From positions 199,516,001-199,580,000 of the forward strand of contig OZ024743.1 in NCBI GenBank assembly GCA_964016885.1: a DNA stretch of 64,000 bases, read 5' to 3'. The stretch is from Eledone cirrhosa. Its lineage: Eukaryota. This document shows positions 47,315-61,019 of the stretch, piece by piece. The notes under the pieces are model-generated. The model saw only the letters and a list, made by a program, of their open reading frames with translations. It ran no database searches and had not been told where the DNA came from. A program made the position numbers and the translations under genes. Every line of letters starts with the position of its first letter. Position 1 is the stretch's first letter.

Positions 47315-48380
47315 TGGATGTGTGTGTATGTCTCGTGGATGTGTCAGTGTGTTTGTATGTGTTTATGTATGTCCTATTGATGTGTCTGTGTGTTTGTATG
47401 TGTTTATTATGTCTCGTGGATGTGTCTGTGTGTTTGTATGTGTTTATGTATGTCTCGTAGATGTGTCTGTATGTGTGTTTGTATGTCCCGTAGATGTGTC
47501 TGTGTGTTTGTATGTGTTTATGTATGTCCCGTAGATGTGTCTGTGTGTTTGTATGTGTTTATGTATGTCTCGTAGATGTGTCTGTGTGTTTGTATGTGTT
47601 TATGTATGTCCCGTAGATGTGTCTGTGTGTTTGTATGTGTTTATGTATGTCCCGTAGATGTGTCTGTGTGTTTGTGTGTGTTTATGTATGTCCCGTAGAT
47701 GTGTCTGTGTGTTTGTATGTGTTTATGTATGTCTCTTGGATGTGTCTGTGTGTTTGTATGTGTTTATGTATGTCCCGTAGATGTGTCTGTGTGTTTGTAT
47801 GTGTTTATGTATGTCTCTTGGATGTGTCTGTGTGTTTGTATGTGTTTATGTATGTCCCGTAGATGTGTCTGTGTGTTTGTATGTGTTTATGTATGTCCCG
47901 TTGATGTGTCTGTGTGTTTGTATGTGTTTATGTATGTCTCGTAGATGTGTCTGTGTGTTTGTATGTGTTTATGTATGTCTCGTAGATGTGTCTGTATGTG
48001 TGTTTGTATGTCCCGTAGATGTGTCTGTGTGTTTGTATGTGTTTATGTATGTCTCGTAGATGTGTCTGTGTGTTTGTATGTGTTTATGTATGTCTCTTGG
48101 ATGTGTCTGTGTGTTTGTATGTGTTTATGTATGTCTCGTAGATGTGTCTGTGTGTTTGTATGTGTTTATGTATGTCCCGTAGATGTGTCTGTGTGTTTGT
48201 ATGTGTTTATGTATGTCTCGTGGATGTGTCTGTGTGTTTGTATGTCTCGTGGATGTGTCTGTGTGTGTGTATGTGTTTATGTATGTCTCGTGGATGTGTC
48301 TGTGTGTGTGTATGTGTTTATGTATGTCTCGTGGATGTGTGTGTGTGTGTGTGTGTGTTTATGTATGTCTCGTGGATGTG
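47315..48380. repeat. 41-bp minisatellite, about 26 units
   Basis: Unit GTAGATGTGTCTGTGTGTTTGTATGTGTTTATGTATGTCCC. Confidence 0.95.
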
Positions 48381-48656
48381 TTTATAAATGTTTAGGGGTC
48401 TCATGGATATGTTTGTGTGTTTTGTATGAGTTTATAAATGTGTTGTGTTGTTTAACCTCAGGTCAACTTTATCGCATTGGAGTAAAAAATAGTGAAAAAT
48501 GATAAGGGACTACAATGTGGACACTCAATTTGCTAGATATAACAACCAAAGTGATCACAAATCCCACCTTAACTTTAAAAAAATAGAAGTGCCCCAGCAT
48601 GACCTCAGCCGGATGACTGTAGCATACATGTAAAAGAGTGAAAGGGTAAATTGAAA

Positions 48657-48695
<39 letters not shown>

Positions 48696-48774
48696 TCTTT
48701 CTATAGGTTGATTCGATAATCGCTGACCTAGGGTTAAATGACAGCAGCGGCTAACATTGTACTTAGTATTATTA

Positions 48775-48940
48775 GAGGGTCGGACGCCATGCTTTGACGC
48801 ATAGAGTTACGGCCCTTGCCATTCTGAGTGCAAATCCCGCCGAGGTTAACTTTGCCTTTCATCCTTACGGGGTCGATAAAATAAAGTACCAGTAATACAC
48901 TGGGTATTTGCTGGACTTGTGCCTAAAGCAGAAACAATTA
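48775..48940 (+). mobile_element. Nin/Deu-domain SINE (5'-clipped)
   Basis: Same consensus. Confidence 0.8.
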
Positions 48941-48944
48941 TTTT

Positions 48945-48979
<35 letters not shown>

Positions 48980-49182
48980 ATAATAGGTTTCCCAGATTTG
49001 TGTGTGCGTGTGTCTAAATGTGGGTGTGTCTATAGTTTGATGAACGTATGTGAACGGGCTTCAAGATATCACAACATAGACATACAATGGTAGTTTTTAT
49101 AGGGGCTGGGTAGGAAGAGGAGTGTTGCTGTAAACGAAAGTTATGCGATGATTGTTCTAGCTTTTATCCTGAACCTTGTCGA

Positions 49183-49234
<52 letters not shown>

Positions 49235-50299
49235 TAAACAAATAAATATGGGTTGATGTGAAAACTGTATTTATTATGGTCTGTCTATCTGTCTTTATTT
49301 ATCTGTAGTATATTATGGATAATTTGGCAGATTAAAGGGGTTGTGGTGACTAGGCTGTAATCAAGAGCTACACAGTGCATTACTGGTACTTTATTTTATA
49401 CGGGATCGATAAATAAAGCACCAGTAATGCACTGGGTCGATTTAATAGACTTTCCCTTCCTCCGAAATTGCTGGCATTGTGCCTATAGTAGAAATCATTA
49501 TTGTAATTATTTTGTTACCATAAATAATACGGAAGACGCCCCGATGAATTTTTTCTGCTAAGGGCTCCATGTAAACTTAACCCGTCCTCGTGTAATAAGC
49601 AACTACGGTTGATGAGTCTTGGAGAACATTTACGATAAATCTCTCTCGCTTTCTCTCTATATCTATCTATCTCTGTTACTTTCTCCTCCTCTCAATCTAT
49701 CTTCTAACACACACACACACACACACACAAACACACACACGCATAGTCACGTCTCCCTGTCTATCTCTCCCTATCTCCTTTCTCGTACAAGCTCTATAGA
49801 TCGGACAATGCAAGGGAGATAACTCTCCGACATGCATGAAGCTCAGCTGTTTAACACGGACAATGTGAATGGAACCTTTAAGAAATATACTTAAATACCA
49901 GCGTGATACATAATTTTCCTTTCAGTTGCTCCTCCTCCTCCTCCACCTCATTATCTTCATCCCCTTCTCTTACTTTTACCTCCTCCTCTTTCACTATCTC
50001 ATTGTTTACGTCTTTTGTCATAGTTACAGTTATGTTTAGACTAAATTCACACACGCACCACTTCTAAACAAACACACATGCTTTTGCGTAGTTAGAAAGC
50101 CGACACTTCAGAAAAGAAAATGATAAATTGTGATATGTACGTCTCTACATTCGAGACATACATAATAATTGTTTCTACTTTTGGCACAAGGCCAGCAAAA
50201 TACCCAGTACATTACTGGTACTTTATTTTATCGACCCCGTAAGGATGAAAGGCAAAGTTATCCTTGGCGGGATACATAATAATGTGTGCGTATGTGTGA

Positions 50300-50652
50300 A
50301 GGTCTATGACTTAGGCGGCTAGAGCGTTGGACATGTAATTGTGAGGTTGTGAGTTCGATTCTCAGACAGGGGTGATGCGTTGCCATCCTTGAGCAAGACA
50401 CTTTATTTCACGTTGCTCCAGTTCACTCAGCTGCAGAAATGAGTTGTGGGGTCACTGCCGCCAAGCTGTATCGGCCATTGATTCCCCCCCCCACCCCCCG
50501 GACAACATCAGTGGCGTGGAGAGGGAAGACTGGTATGCATGGGTGACTGCTGATCTTCCACTAACAACCTTGCCTGGACTTGTGCCTTGGCGCAGAGCTT
50601 TCTAGGTGCAAATCCCATGGATATTCGTGACTGAACGGAGTCTTTACTCTTT
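50300..50652 (+). mobile_element. Second tRNA-derived SINE family (Meta/MESC-like core CCTTGAGCAAGACACTT)
   Basis: tRNA-like head with GAGTTCGATTC B box; related pieces at 7325-7600(-), 16068-16170, 45526-45632 and 57140-57260. Confidence 0.7.
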
Positions 50653-50722
50653 TCTGTGAGTATAAATTAGAGTTTTATACAAATTTGTATAATTAAATAA
50701 AATGCGCCCTAATTTCCCCGCG

Positions 50723-50773
<51 letters not shown>

Positions 50774-50776
<3 letters not shown>

Positions 50777-50909
50777 CAGAATTAGCCGTCGAAGCGGCTT
50801 GAGCTCAGCCGTCGGGGTCCCACTCGTTCCTATTACCCACTCTACTACCCTAAGTATTGAGTACTTTGGTGCGTTATGGTCCACCTGGTTCCTTACCACA
50901 TTTCCTTCG

Positions 50910-50912
<3 letters not shown>
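50774..50912 (+). mobile_element. (TA)n-inserted mini element (third copy, no fold-back)
   Basis: GTCCAGAA...CCTAAGTATTGAGTACT...CCTTACCAC..CGTTA between TA runs. Confidence 0.8.
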
Positions 50913-50944
<32 letters not shown>

Positions 50945-51031
50945 GGAAAAATTTGAACAGGGACAAAACAGAGAGGCAGTACAATAAATGTTTATTAATT
51001 TCACGCTCAGGAGAGTGGGGTGTAGGTGGGG

Positions 51032-51065
51032 GACGACGTTTCGGGCATAAGCCCTTCCTCGGGTG
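51032..51065 (-). ncRNA. Mutated minimal hammerhead (CCGAGGA core) in Penelope-like 3' region
   Basis: Homologous to 32935-32968: CAC CCGAGGA AGGGCTTATGCCC GAAACGTC GTC. Confidence 0.55.
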
Positions 51066-51903
51066 AGAAGTGTGTGGGAACAGAGTTCAAAAGGTGTGTA
51101 GGGGAGTGGTGGAGAGACATATAGCGAAAGGAAACGGTGCGAATGAAAAATTAACAAATAAAGATAAAAATAAAAATAAAGCATGATCAAAATACAAGGA
51201 ATGAGATAAATTTAAAAATAAAGGCATGATCAAAATAAACTGAAATTAAAAGGGGGGTAAACAGGTGGTGGAAGGGTGTCGGGTGAGTAGGGGTGGTGGC
51301 GGGTGGATTGGGTAGAGGGAGACGGGGTGTCCGAGCGGGGAGGGCTGAAGGTGGTGTGTGTGTGTGTGTATGTGAAAGTAAGGGTTGGGGGAAGAACGGG
51401 GTTGCATGTTCAGGAAGAGGTGTGTGTGGGGGGTGTTTTTGTGGGTCGGAGTGTCTGTGCGTGTGTGGATAGGGGGGTGGGGGGGAGAGGAATCAGGAGG
51501 CTGAGGGTGTAAATATGTGGTGGAAAGCACGTGTGTGTGGGGTTTAAGCGTGTTGTGGGTGTGGGTGGCGTGTGGAGAAAAAAATTGTTGGGGTGTGTGT
51601 GTGGGTGAGTTATATAGGTGATTACGTAAGAGGATGGTTGAAAAGTTGGTAAATTCCAAGGATGTTTAGTGGATTGGTTGTAAGTCAATTTCTGCGTGTG
51701 GGTAATCCATGAAGCGGTGGTCGGAAGAGGAGAGATGTGGGGTGCGCGCGCAACAGGAAGTGGTCAGCAGTGGGAGTGCTGTGGTCTGTTAGTGCTGGGA
51801 GGTGGTCAGATGAGGGGTGGAGTGGAGGTGTTAGTATTGTTAGTGTGGGGTGGGCGGTGAAAAGGAGGGGTGTGTTAGTGGTGTTAGTGGGGGCGGTCGA
51901 ACG

Positions 51904-52188
51904 CTAAAGGAATAAGGGTGGGGAGTTCAGGCCGGGGGGTGTGTGGGTCTGTAAGATGAAGATAGTTCGTTGTTCCACCGTAAGGCGATGGGCGGATGTT
52001 CCGTGGCACTGGAGTAGGCCACAGACTGTGAGATGGTGTGCGGAGTGTCCAGGGCCACCAAAGTGGCGGGCGATGGGGGAACTGCCCCCGAGACGAATAT
52101 CCCGGAGGTGCTCCGTGACTCGGTCCGCCAGGCGACGTCCCGTCTGTCCGACATAAGTCGTGCTGCACTGCACTCCGTGCAGCGAAGT
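51904..52188 (-). pseudogene. GIY-YIG endonuclease C-terminal fragment of a Penelope-like element
   Basis: LRCTEC(frameshift from TGCAG duplication)STTYVGQTGRRLADRVTEHL...PIARHF...RLTVEQRTIFILQTHTPPGLN; YVGQT, R, EH, E and GLN motifs typical of PLE endonucleases. Confidence 0.88.
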
Positions 52189-52250
52189 TATATATATAAG
52201 TTATATATATTGTAGCGTATATTATAACGTATATTGTAGCGTATATTATT

Positions 52251-52426
52251 TGCTGAAAAGTTCATAGGCTAACCAAGATACTCTCATGGAATGACCAAAT
52301 GAGGTTTATTTTTCAACTTAGTCTCTGGAAAGAAACAATGAAATTATTAATAAGAGTTGAAATTAATACATCTGTCATCACACCACCTTCATAGTCAGCC
52401 TATGAACGTTTCAGCCGACTCTCGTA
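52251..52426. mobile_element. Mariner-type MITE remnant
   Basis: GCTGAAAAGTTCATAGGCT ... AGCCTATGAACGTTTCAGCCGACTCTCG-TA (TACGAG-type end). Confidence 0.65.
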
Positions 52427-54286
52427 TTTCGGAAGAATAGGGTACACCATTGGGTTAAGCAGGGCACCCACAGTTGGCCTAGCCTAGGGTACTAAATACC
52501 CTAGTGATGATACTCTTTCACTTTCCAAACCACTTAATTTCACGTTGCTCCAGTTAACTCAGCTGAAATTGAATACCAACCGCAACAGGGCGTCAATCCG
52601 GCAATGGACTTAACTCCAATGGGACCAGGATAAGCTTCGGCCGAACTTAGGACAGACATAACGTTTTATTTTTACCCCTTTCTGACCATATGTCTATTGA
52701 AATACACTGTACTTAGTTTAATTAATGATTAACGTGGGATAATTTATTAAGACTATTAATTATTTTACAATTAATAATTGTATTTGTAACATAACTTAAC
52801 AAAAGGTTCTTATATAAAATCAGATTTGAAGATTTTATATTAGAAATCAGTAGATTTCTAGTGTAAACTTCCAGTCAGTCAATAGATAGGGGTTTGTAAA
52901 CAATAAACGAGTAATTATTGTTATATTTGGGGAGAGTCAAGTTGTCATAATATTGCCAGAAATATATAGTAAAACACATTCACTGTTTGGTTGAACGAGT
53001 AAATTTTCATTCAATTGTATATATAGTAGTAATATTTTTAGACAGTATAATATTTCGATAAGAACCCATTAAAAGGGGCCAGTTTTGTTTCATAGAAGCA
53101 AAACTGGCTTTGTGCGGATTGATATCAAAAGTGTTAAACACTATATACCTGAATTATTGTCTTGGGAGAATAAAAAACCAAGTTTTATTAGTCAGAAGAG
53201 TAATAAAAACTTAAATACAAATAACAAAGTAACTATAGTTTTCCACCCTTCAAAATATTATGACGGTTTGTAAACCCAACTAGGCTGTTTTTTTAATAGC
53301 TATGGTAATGTTAGTCTGTTCAATATATGAACTATTACAATGCTTATATATTTGTAGCTATGTTGTATTGTTATAATAGATGTATTTTATATATTTGTCT
53401 AGCTGTGGATAAAGTGATATAAAACATTCTACACACACAACACTGGATTTACACATAGTGTGGCCCTAGGCGATAAGGACCTTGAAAGTAACTTGTTAAA
53501 ACGTTACACTAGGTCTCACGAGAATTGAATTATGTTGAGGCTCCTGTAGACTTTAAGGACATAAGCTGTAGTTCGCACAACTTATATCTAAATCCAGCAC
53601 TAACACACGTACACATACATTCACCCTCTGATTTCCTCTGTATATGTGTGTGTTTGTAGTCTGTGTAAGTGTTTACAAACATAATAGTTGATTGCAGTGT
53701 ACGTGTGTGTACGGGAAAACCCTCGCCTTAAAATACATATTCATTGCAGTGAGATTTTCACTGTAAAATCTATAGGTTATAACTTTCAGCATATATGCGT
53801 GTAAATATTTATCTGTGCACCACTTACTAAGTTCAATGCACACATTCATGCATAGATGCATAGATTCATAAATTCACATAGATGCATACGTGCATTCTTA
53901 TATTCATACAAACATACGTGCATAAATGTGTGTGTAAGAGTGCTTGGACCTTAAATATCTATAGGGAATGTACTTATGTTGATTGCTTTTAATAATAATA
54001 ATAATAATATTTCCTTCTCTTTACAGACAGAAGATAGTAATGGTACTGTTCAAAAGTCAAGTGCACCAGGTATTTAACTTTCTGCTTATAATATTGCCTA
54101 TTTAACGACTCCTCCGCCCTCTTCCTGTCTCTACCGTCCTTAATATACCGAACATTAGACATCATTTGGATGTCAGCGACCAGAACGAATGACTGAAGAC
54201 TGAATATTGTTTGTTCCGTTTGTATCATTTCATTCCGTCGCCACTATATGTGTGTATGTATGTATGTATGTATGTATGTATGTATG

Positions 54287-54348
<62 letters not shown>

Positions 54349-54437
54349 CACGAGTCCCGGGTTCAATCGAGGGTAACCTTAGGAAATAGTTCCAGTCTTG
54401 TAGAATCCATTTTTATGAAACTATGTGTGTGTGTATA

Positions 54438-54510
<73 letters not shown>

Positions 54511-54608
54511 AAGAGTCGGGGCTCTTTATAATATAATCATATGCTACTACCCTAAGTATCGAATACTTTGTTGAGTAATGGTCTAACTAGTTTCAAACTG
54601 AATCTATC

Positions 54609-54670
<62 letters not shown>

Positions 54671-54800
54671 AAATTAAATTAAGAGAGTCATGTCCGGGAC
54701 ATGCGCCATATCCACCGTAGAATAAGCTCAAAGATTCCAATGAGTAGATCCGAGCATTTTATGTCAACTAGAAATGGATTGACATATATATATATATATA

Positions 54801-54992
54801 TAAAATAAACACAGGGGACAATTTGTAAAGTGTGTAAGCACACACAGCTAGGTAGGTAACTAATTAAAGTTTAACTAGAACTTCAAATATAGATACCTTT
54901 TTAAAATGATTAATCATTTTAAAAAGGTATCTATATATGTGCTTACACACTTTACAAATTATCCCCTGTGATTGTTTCATGTGTTTATTTTA
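54801..54992. repeat. Nested palindrome with a perfect 50-bp spacerless core (54887-54936)
   Basis: ATATAGATACCTTTTTAAAATGATT|AATCATTTTAAAAAGGTATCTATAT; outer arms ACAGGGGACAATTTGTAAAGTGTGTAAGCACA and its complement; TA flanks. Confidence 0.9.
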
Positions 54993-55007
54993 GTTGATAT
55001 ATATATA

Positions 55008-55071
<64 letters not shown>

Positions 55072-55188
55072 AATGTGGTTCAATGGCTAGTTAATAAATT
55101 AACGAGCCAGAACATATATAATCAAGGTTTAGCAAATAAGAAAAAGTTTCAAATAAATTTCAAAAAATTCACTGTACTCACTATGGTT

Positions 55189-55275
55189 ACCTTTACCGAA
55201 TCGGTTTCGAGTCTCAAAAATAAATGGACAGTCCTTGCGGCCTTCCATTTTAAAGATAAACTCTCGTCAGAAGGT
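55189..55275 (-). ncRNA. Type I hammerhead ribozyme with extended stem II (left arm of inverted repeat)
   Basis: Reverse complement of 55553-55639. Confidence 0.88.
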
Positions 55276-55552
55276 TCCTTTCACTCGGAGAATGTGTCCC
55301 TGGACGCTTTTTGCGTGTAGGGATATATACTTTATTATTATTATCCTCCTCTTGGTCGAGATAAAATTTGGTCGTTTTGACTGCTGCTATTTATAGTGGT
55401 AGTAGACTGACCTCCCTGCCTCTGCTTCTATCTTTACACACGGCACTGGCCATAATTGCTTCCACATCATTCATTCTCATCTTGGGAACAATTTTGAATA
55501 GCGCTAGTTCGTAATTTGAACTCGGGAATTTTATATTCTCCGAGTGAAAAGA

Positions 55553-55639
55553 ACCTTCTGACGAGAGTTTATCTTTAAAATGGAAGGCCGCAAGGACTGT
55601 CCATTTATTTTTGAGACTCGAAACCGATTCGGTAAAGGT
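55553..55639 (+). ncRNA. Type I hammerhead ribozyme with extended stem II (right arm of inverted repeat)
   Basis: ACCTT CTGACGA GAGTTT...AAATGGA...TCCATTT...AGACTC GAAA CCGATTCG GTA AAGGT; all three stems pair. Confidence 0.9.
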
Positions 55640-55706
55640 AACCATAGTGAGTACAGTGAATTTTTTGAAATTTATTTTGAAACTTTTTCTTATTTGCTAA
55701 ACCTTG

Positions 55707-55789
<83 letters not shown>

Positions 55790-56148
55790 TATTTCATCAT
55801 TGTGGTAAAGGGAGGGGATGAGCCTTGTTATTCTATAGTTTTACCTATGTACTGACAGAATCAACATGTACTTTGTGTGTCTGAGAGAGAGAGAGAGAGT
55901 TGATACAGGGTGGGTAGGTGTCTATATTGTAGCTACACTATCCATAGACATGAGTACTGAAGAAAATCATACAAATATCCTGAATAAGAATAAGATAAGC
56001 AACAACAACAAAAACTATTAGAGTGGTGGCGGGAGGAGGGAGGGGAGGACAAGGGACACAATGAAAATTCCTCTCAAGTAAAAAGGTATATAATAGATTT
56101 TTATTTATTTTTGTGAAAAAAGACAACATGCTTCACCTGTTAACCAGT

Positions 56149-56199
<51 letters not shown>

Positions 56200-56419
56200 T
56201 ACTACTACTACTACCACCACCTCTATCGCTATCACTACCTTACTCCCACCCTACATTGGGACACTGTCACTAGGATTGTGGGACACATACACTCACACAT
56301 AGGCACATAGACACACACCTAACTAAACACTCTTTGTGATAAGCACTACTGCACATAAATACCTGACTTGTATTGTGTATGTCTGTATATATATATATAC
56401 AGCCATATATATATATATA

Positions 56420-56461
<42 letters not shown>

Positions 56462-57579
56462 TACATACAATCTCTCCCTCTCTTTCAATAGAGAAGGATT
56501 GTTGGTTTGTGAAAAGGAAAAATAAATAGCATTTACTCAACCACTGTTTTGTTATAAACAAACAATACACAAACAACAGAACAGACACACACCACGCACT
56601 CACTCTTTCACACACACACACACACACACGTACATATCCATTATAATACATACTTGCACATACTCGTATAGACACTGACATGTCCACACACACACACCCA
56701 GTGAGAATGGCTAGGATTGGCTTAACGGAACAATAGTTAATCAGTGGAGGATTTCGAAGCCTTCCTATTAACATAAACACATTCACAAAGGTGTACACAG
56801 CAGACACTCACATACAATCATACATCTACCTGTACATGTGTATTTAGTTGTTAAGCAGACCTCATAGGCTATAGTTACCGTATGGATATAAGAATAGAAA
56901 AGTCAGGAGAAATATAATATCAATAATAATAATACTAATAATAATTGATGTTATCCGGAGGAATATCTGCATGTAAGTAGCAGTTAGTTTAATCTTTTTT
57001 TTTTTTTGTTTTGTTTTGTTTTTTTTTCATTTGGCTCTGAGTCCGGTCAGTCCGATTCACGCAGAATCTATGACTAATGGTATTCCAATTATGACCTTTA
57101 GATCTATTTGTCAAGAATAGTATTCTCTGGACTGTGCGACTCAGTGATAAGGGATAAGTGTGTTCGGCTCACGAACATAAGTTAGGTGGTTCAATTCTTG
57201 ATTCCGCGTTGTCCTTGAGCAAGTGAATTTATTTCATGTTGATCTAGTCCACTAAGCTAGGGGAAAAAAAAGAGTTATACGTGTAATTCAAGGGGACACA
57301 CTATGCAGCTTTCAATCACCATAAGAACTGCGTAACGGGTGCACGTGTGTGTGTGTGTGTGTGAGAATGACCGTTTCATGAGCCGGCTCTTTCGTTGTCC
57401 TCTACAATTGGAAAAATCTCTGTCACCGGAACCACGAGAGGTTCAACAATATACTCCGGATTACATAACCCACCCTGATTATTATTATTATTATTTTTTG
57501 CAATTTTATTTGATTATATTTTGATTTTTGTTTAGACGAAACGACGTCCTTGCTTTGGTTTACTAAGACATAACAGCTT

Positions 57580-57790
57580 TGGCAGTATCGGTAGAGTCGG
57601 ACGCCATGCTTTGCAGCATAGAGTTGCGGTCCTTTACGGTCTGAGTTCAAATCCCGCCGAAGTTAACTTTGCCTTTCATCCTTACGGGGTCGATAAAATA
57701 AAGCACCAGTAACGTACTGGGGTCGACTTGACGACACCCCCCCCTAAAAAAAGAATTACTGGCCTTGTGCCTATACTAGTAATCATTATT
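57580..57790 (+). mobile_element. Nin/Deu-domain SINE
   Basis: Same consensus; other fragments near 3062, 12080, 41705, 45050, 49370, 50163 and 59063. Confidence 0.8.
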
Positions 57791-58594
57791 TTGTTGTCAT
57801 ATTTCTAAAAAAATATATATATAACATTGCCTATAGTTTTGAAAATAATCAAGAATTTAGAAGAATTTAGTAATATAATTTATTAGATCCGACTATATTA
57901 CTCAACATATACAGTTGTAAAACAAAGTTCTTTTCTTTTTCTTTTCGTAAACACAATGAGGTACAGGAGAACCGGTTTTTCATTGTTAATGGGGTTTCTT
58001 TTACGAACGCATCGTACATCATTACCTGTATCTGGAATAATAAAAAAAAACACAGCCCAAAACAATACAAAAACACAATAACAATAATAACTAAAAAAAA
58101 AACGGGATATCATAGCTGGTACACCTTTTAATCATTGAGTTCCTAGATCAGGGCTAAACCGGGACTAAACAACAACAACAAGTCTAATTCCAGTTTGCTC
58201 CAAAGAAACTGTCTGTATGATTGCCATTTTTCAGTCACTTTGGCACCATATGTAAGAGAACTCTTAAGAACATAAGATGAACCTTTTCCAAAAACAATCT
58301 CGGCAAACTTCTTATTTACACACGAAAGATGCTGTTTCTGAGAGACGCACTAAGCGGCGGTGATGGTGAGGGTGGTGGCGATGGGTTACGTCATATGTAG
58401 CCCATCATATCCGTTGAGATAGTCTAAATATTAATAATCATGATGATGATGATGATAAAAATATACTGATGAATAAGGTATAAGGTTTCAATGTTTGGAA
58501 CCAAACCCTACAAAGTTCTATCTAATATACATTTAACCTAAACAAACCAACTAGGCTATGCTGACATGACGAAAGGATAAATTTTACTAATCCC

Positions 58595-58635
<41 letters not shown>

Positions 58636-58636
58636 C

Positions 58637-58683
<47 letters not shown>

Positions 58684-58817
58684 GTGAGATAGTCCTTAAT
58701 TTTTTAAACATTTGATATATCTTCGTTTGTGGTGATTTCAATAAAATGAAAATAGCCTTATTAAGATATGAAAATTGTTCATATCCGTTGGGATGTTTGA
58801 AACTATAATGATAATGG

Positions 58818-58848
<31 letters not shown>

Positions 58849-59356
58849 ATTGATAATGATAATAATAATAATAATCACTAATTATTTATTACCCCAATAA
58901 AGATCGAGATATTTAGCAAATTAAGTAATCCCAAATTTGAATATGAGAAACGTTTTTGTTAAGACTTCTTAAAAATTGAGAGATAAAAAATATCTGGAGT
59001 TTTGGAGGTGTGTAGGCGTGGGATGTGTGAAATTATAAGTGAGTGAGACGGATAGTGAAGGTAATAATTGTTTCTACATTTGGCACAAGGCAAGCAATTA
59101 CCCAGTACATTACTGGTACTTTATTTTATCGACCAATAATATTGTTATATTTGCTACAGAAATATATTCCTTTAACTTCTTATAATTTATATTATTTCAA
59201 GAAGGAGTAAAGGATATATTTTAAAACAAGTTATGGATATAGCATAAACATAACGTACCTATGCACAGACATGCATATATATCTGTATATATATATAGTA
59301 ATGGTTGTATTTTTTAAGGGTATGTCAATATTTATTTATAAAACTGATCTATATTG

Positions 59357-59421
59357 TATTTTGTCTGATGAAAGCACACCATAATTTAACGTGGTGTCCT
59401 TGAAATATGTATAATAAAATA
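59357..59421 (+). ncRNA. Type I hammerhead ribozyme
   Basis: TATTTTGT CTGATGA AAG CACACCA...TGGTGT CCTT GAAA TATGT ATA ATAAAATA. Confidence 0.82.
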
Positions 59422-59460
59422 AATATGGTTTTATAAATATAGTTTCCATTTGTTAATATC

Positions 59461-59501
<41 letters not shown>

Positions 59502-59749
59502 GGAGGTGAGTTTTATTGTAGCACAATAAAGCAATGCAAATATCGGATAAGTAGCACTCTACAGTTTGTAGGACTGGAGTATAAATATAAATAATATATT
59601 ATATTATATATATATATGTGTGTGTGTATGTATATATATATATGTGTGTGTATGTGTATACATGTGTGTGTGTATATATGTGTGTGTGTGAGTGTATATA
59701 TATATATATATATATACACATATGTATGTGTATATATATATGTGTGTGA

Positions 59750-59799
<50 letters not shown>

Positions 59800-60288
59800 G
59801 TATGTATATGAATGTGTGTGTGTATGTATACACGCTCGCTTCTAAACAGGCTTAACACATTTAAACAACTGAACTTAAACGTAAAACTTATCTAATTTCT
59901 CAATTATGAGTCATTTAATACATAATCGCCTTGGCATATCATTTTCATCACATACACACATACACACACACACGCATACACACACTCACATATTACACCG
60001 GTACGTACATTGTATATATGTGTATGTATGTATAAAGTACATATCCGCAACAACTATATGCTGGTTAGTAACTATATCTAAAAATGCTTATTTAAATATT
60101 TTTCTTCCTTCTCAATAATTCATACTTCCCTTAGTATGCCTGTATGAGGATGCACGTGTGTGTGTGTGTATAAGTATATAAATGTGTGTATATATGTATG
60201 TATATATAAGTATATAAATGTGTGTATATATATGTATGTATATATGTATATATATGTATGTATATATGTATATATATGTGTATGTATG

Positions 60289-60343
<55 letters not shown>

Positions 60344-60383
60344 GTATATATATGTATGTATATATATATATGTATGTATATAT

Positions 60384-60415
<32 letters not shown>

Positions 60416-60428
60416 GTATATATATATG

Positions 60429-60475
<47 letters not shown>

Positions 60476-60476
60476 G

Positions 60477-60539
60477 TAAATGTAAGTATGCATGTATACG
60501 TACATACATATATGTATACAGACGTACAGTAGCATGCAC

Positions 60540-60574
<35 letters not shown>

Positions 60575-60984
60575 TATACATATGCATACAGGTACACATA
60601 CATATATGCACGTATCAGTTTAGCGGCGCTAACGTCGCTTTGTTCGTTTGTAAACAAACTGAACAGCCTGAATTTATGCCATACCGATTTAACTCACTCA
60701 ATATGCAAATTAGGCTGCTCAGCCGTTAATTTTCATAAGGAAAGTATATACTTTCGAACGTTCAACTATCTGGCAGATGGGTAAACGGTGCTGATGATAG
60801 CTAACAAGCTTGAAACTAGTACATCGTTCCTGTGTCAGTGTTGAACAAAAAGGTGACGTGGTTGCCTTAACACCGTATGGCATAAATTCAGGCTGTTCAG
60901 TTTGTTTACAAACGAACAAAGCGACGTTAGCGCCGCTAAACTGATACGTGCATATATGTATGTGTACCTGTATGCATATGTATA

Positions 60985-61019
<35 letters not shown>

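Larger units (their letters stand above)
50942..52188 (-). mobile_element. 5'-truncated Penelope-like retroelement (GIY-YIG remnant, long 3' region, hammerhead) flanked by TA runs
   Basis: GIY-YIG peptide at 51904-52188, hammerhead at 51032-51065, AATAAA (- strand) near 50990; homologous to 32846-33600. Confidence 0.85.
55069..55715. mobile_element. Fold-back hammerhead insertion (arms about 55114-55293/55535-55715)
   Basis: About 180-bp near-perfect inverted repeat; the same peptide appears in ORFs on opposite strands; TA flanks. Confidence 0.88.

Noticed and set aside
47315-48380. CRISPR-like regular repeat
   Set aside because: Contiguous 41-bp tandem units with no unique spacers, no cas genes, eukaryotic context.
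54994-55645. Identical peptides in ORFs on opposite strands
   Set aside because: Consequence of the inverted repeat; no coding signature.
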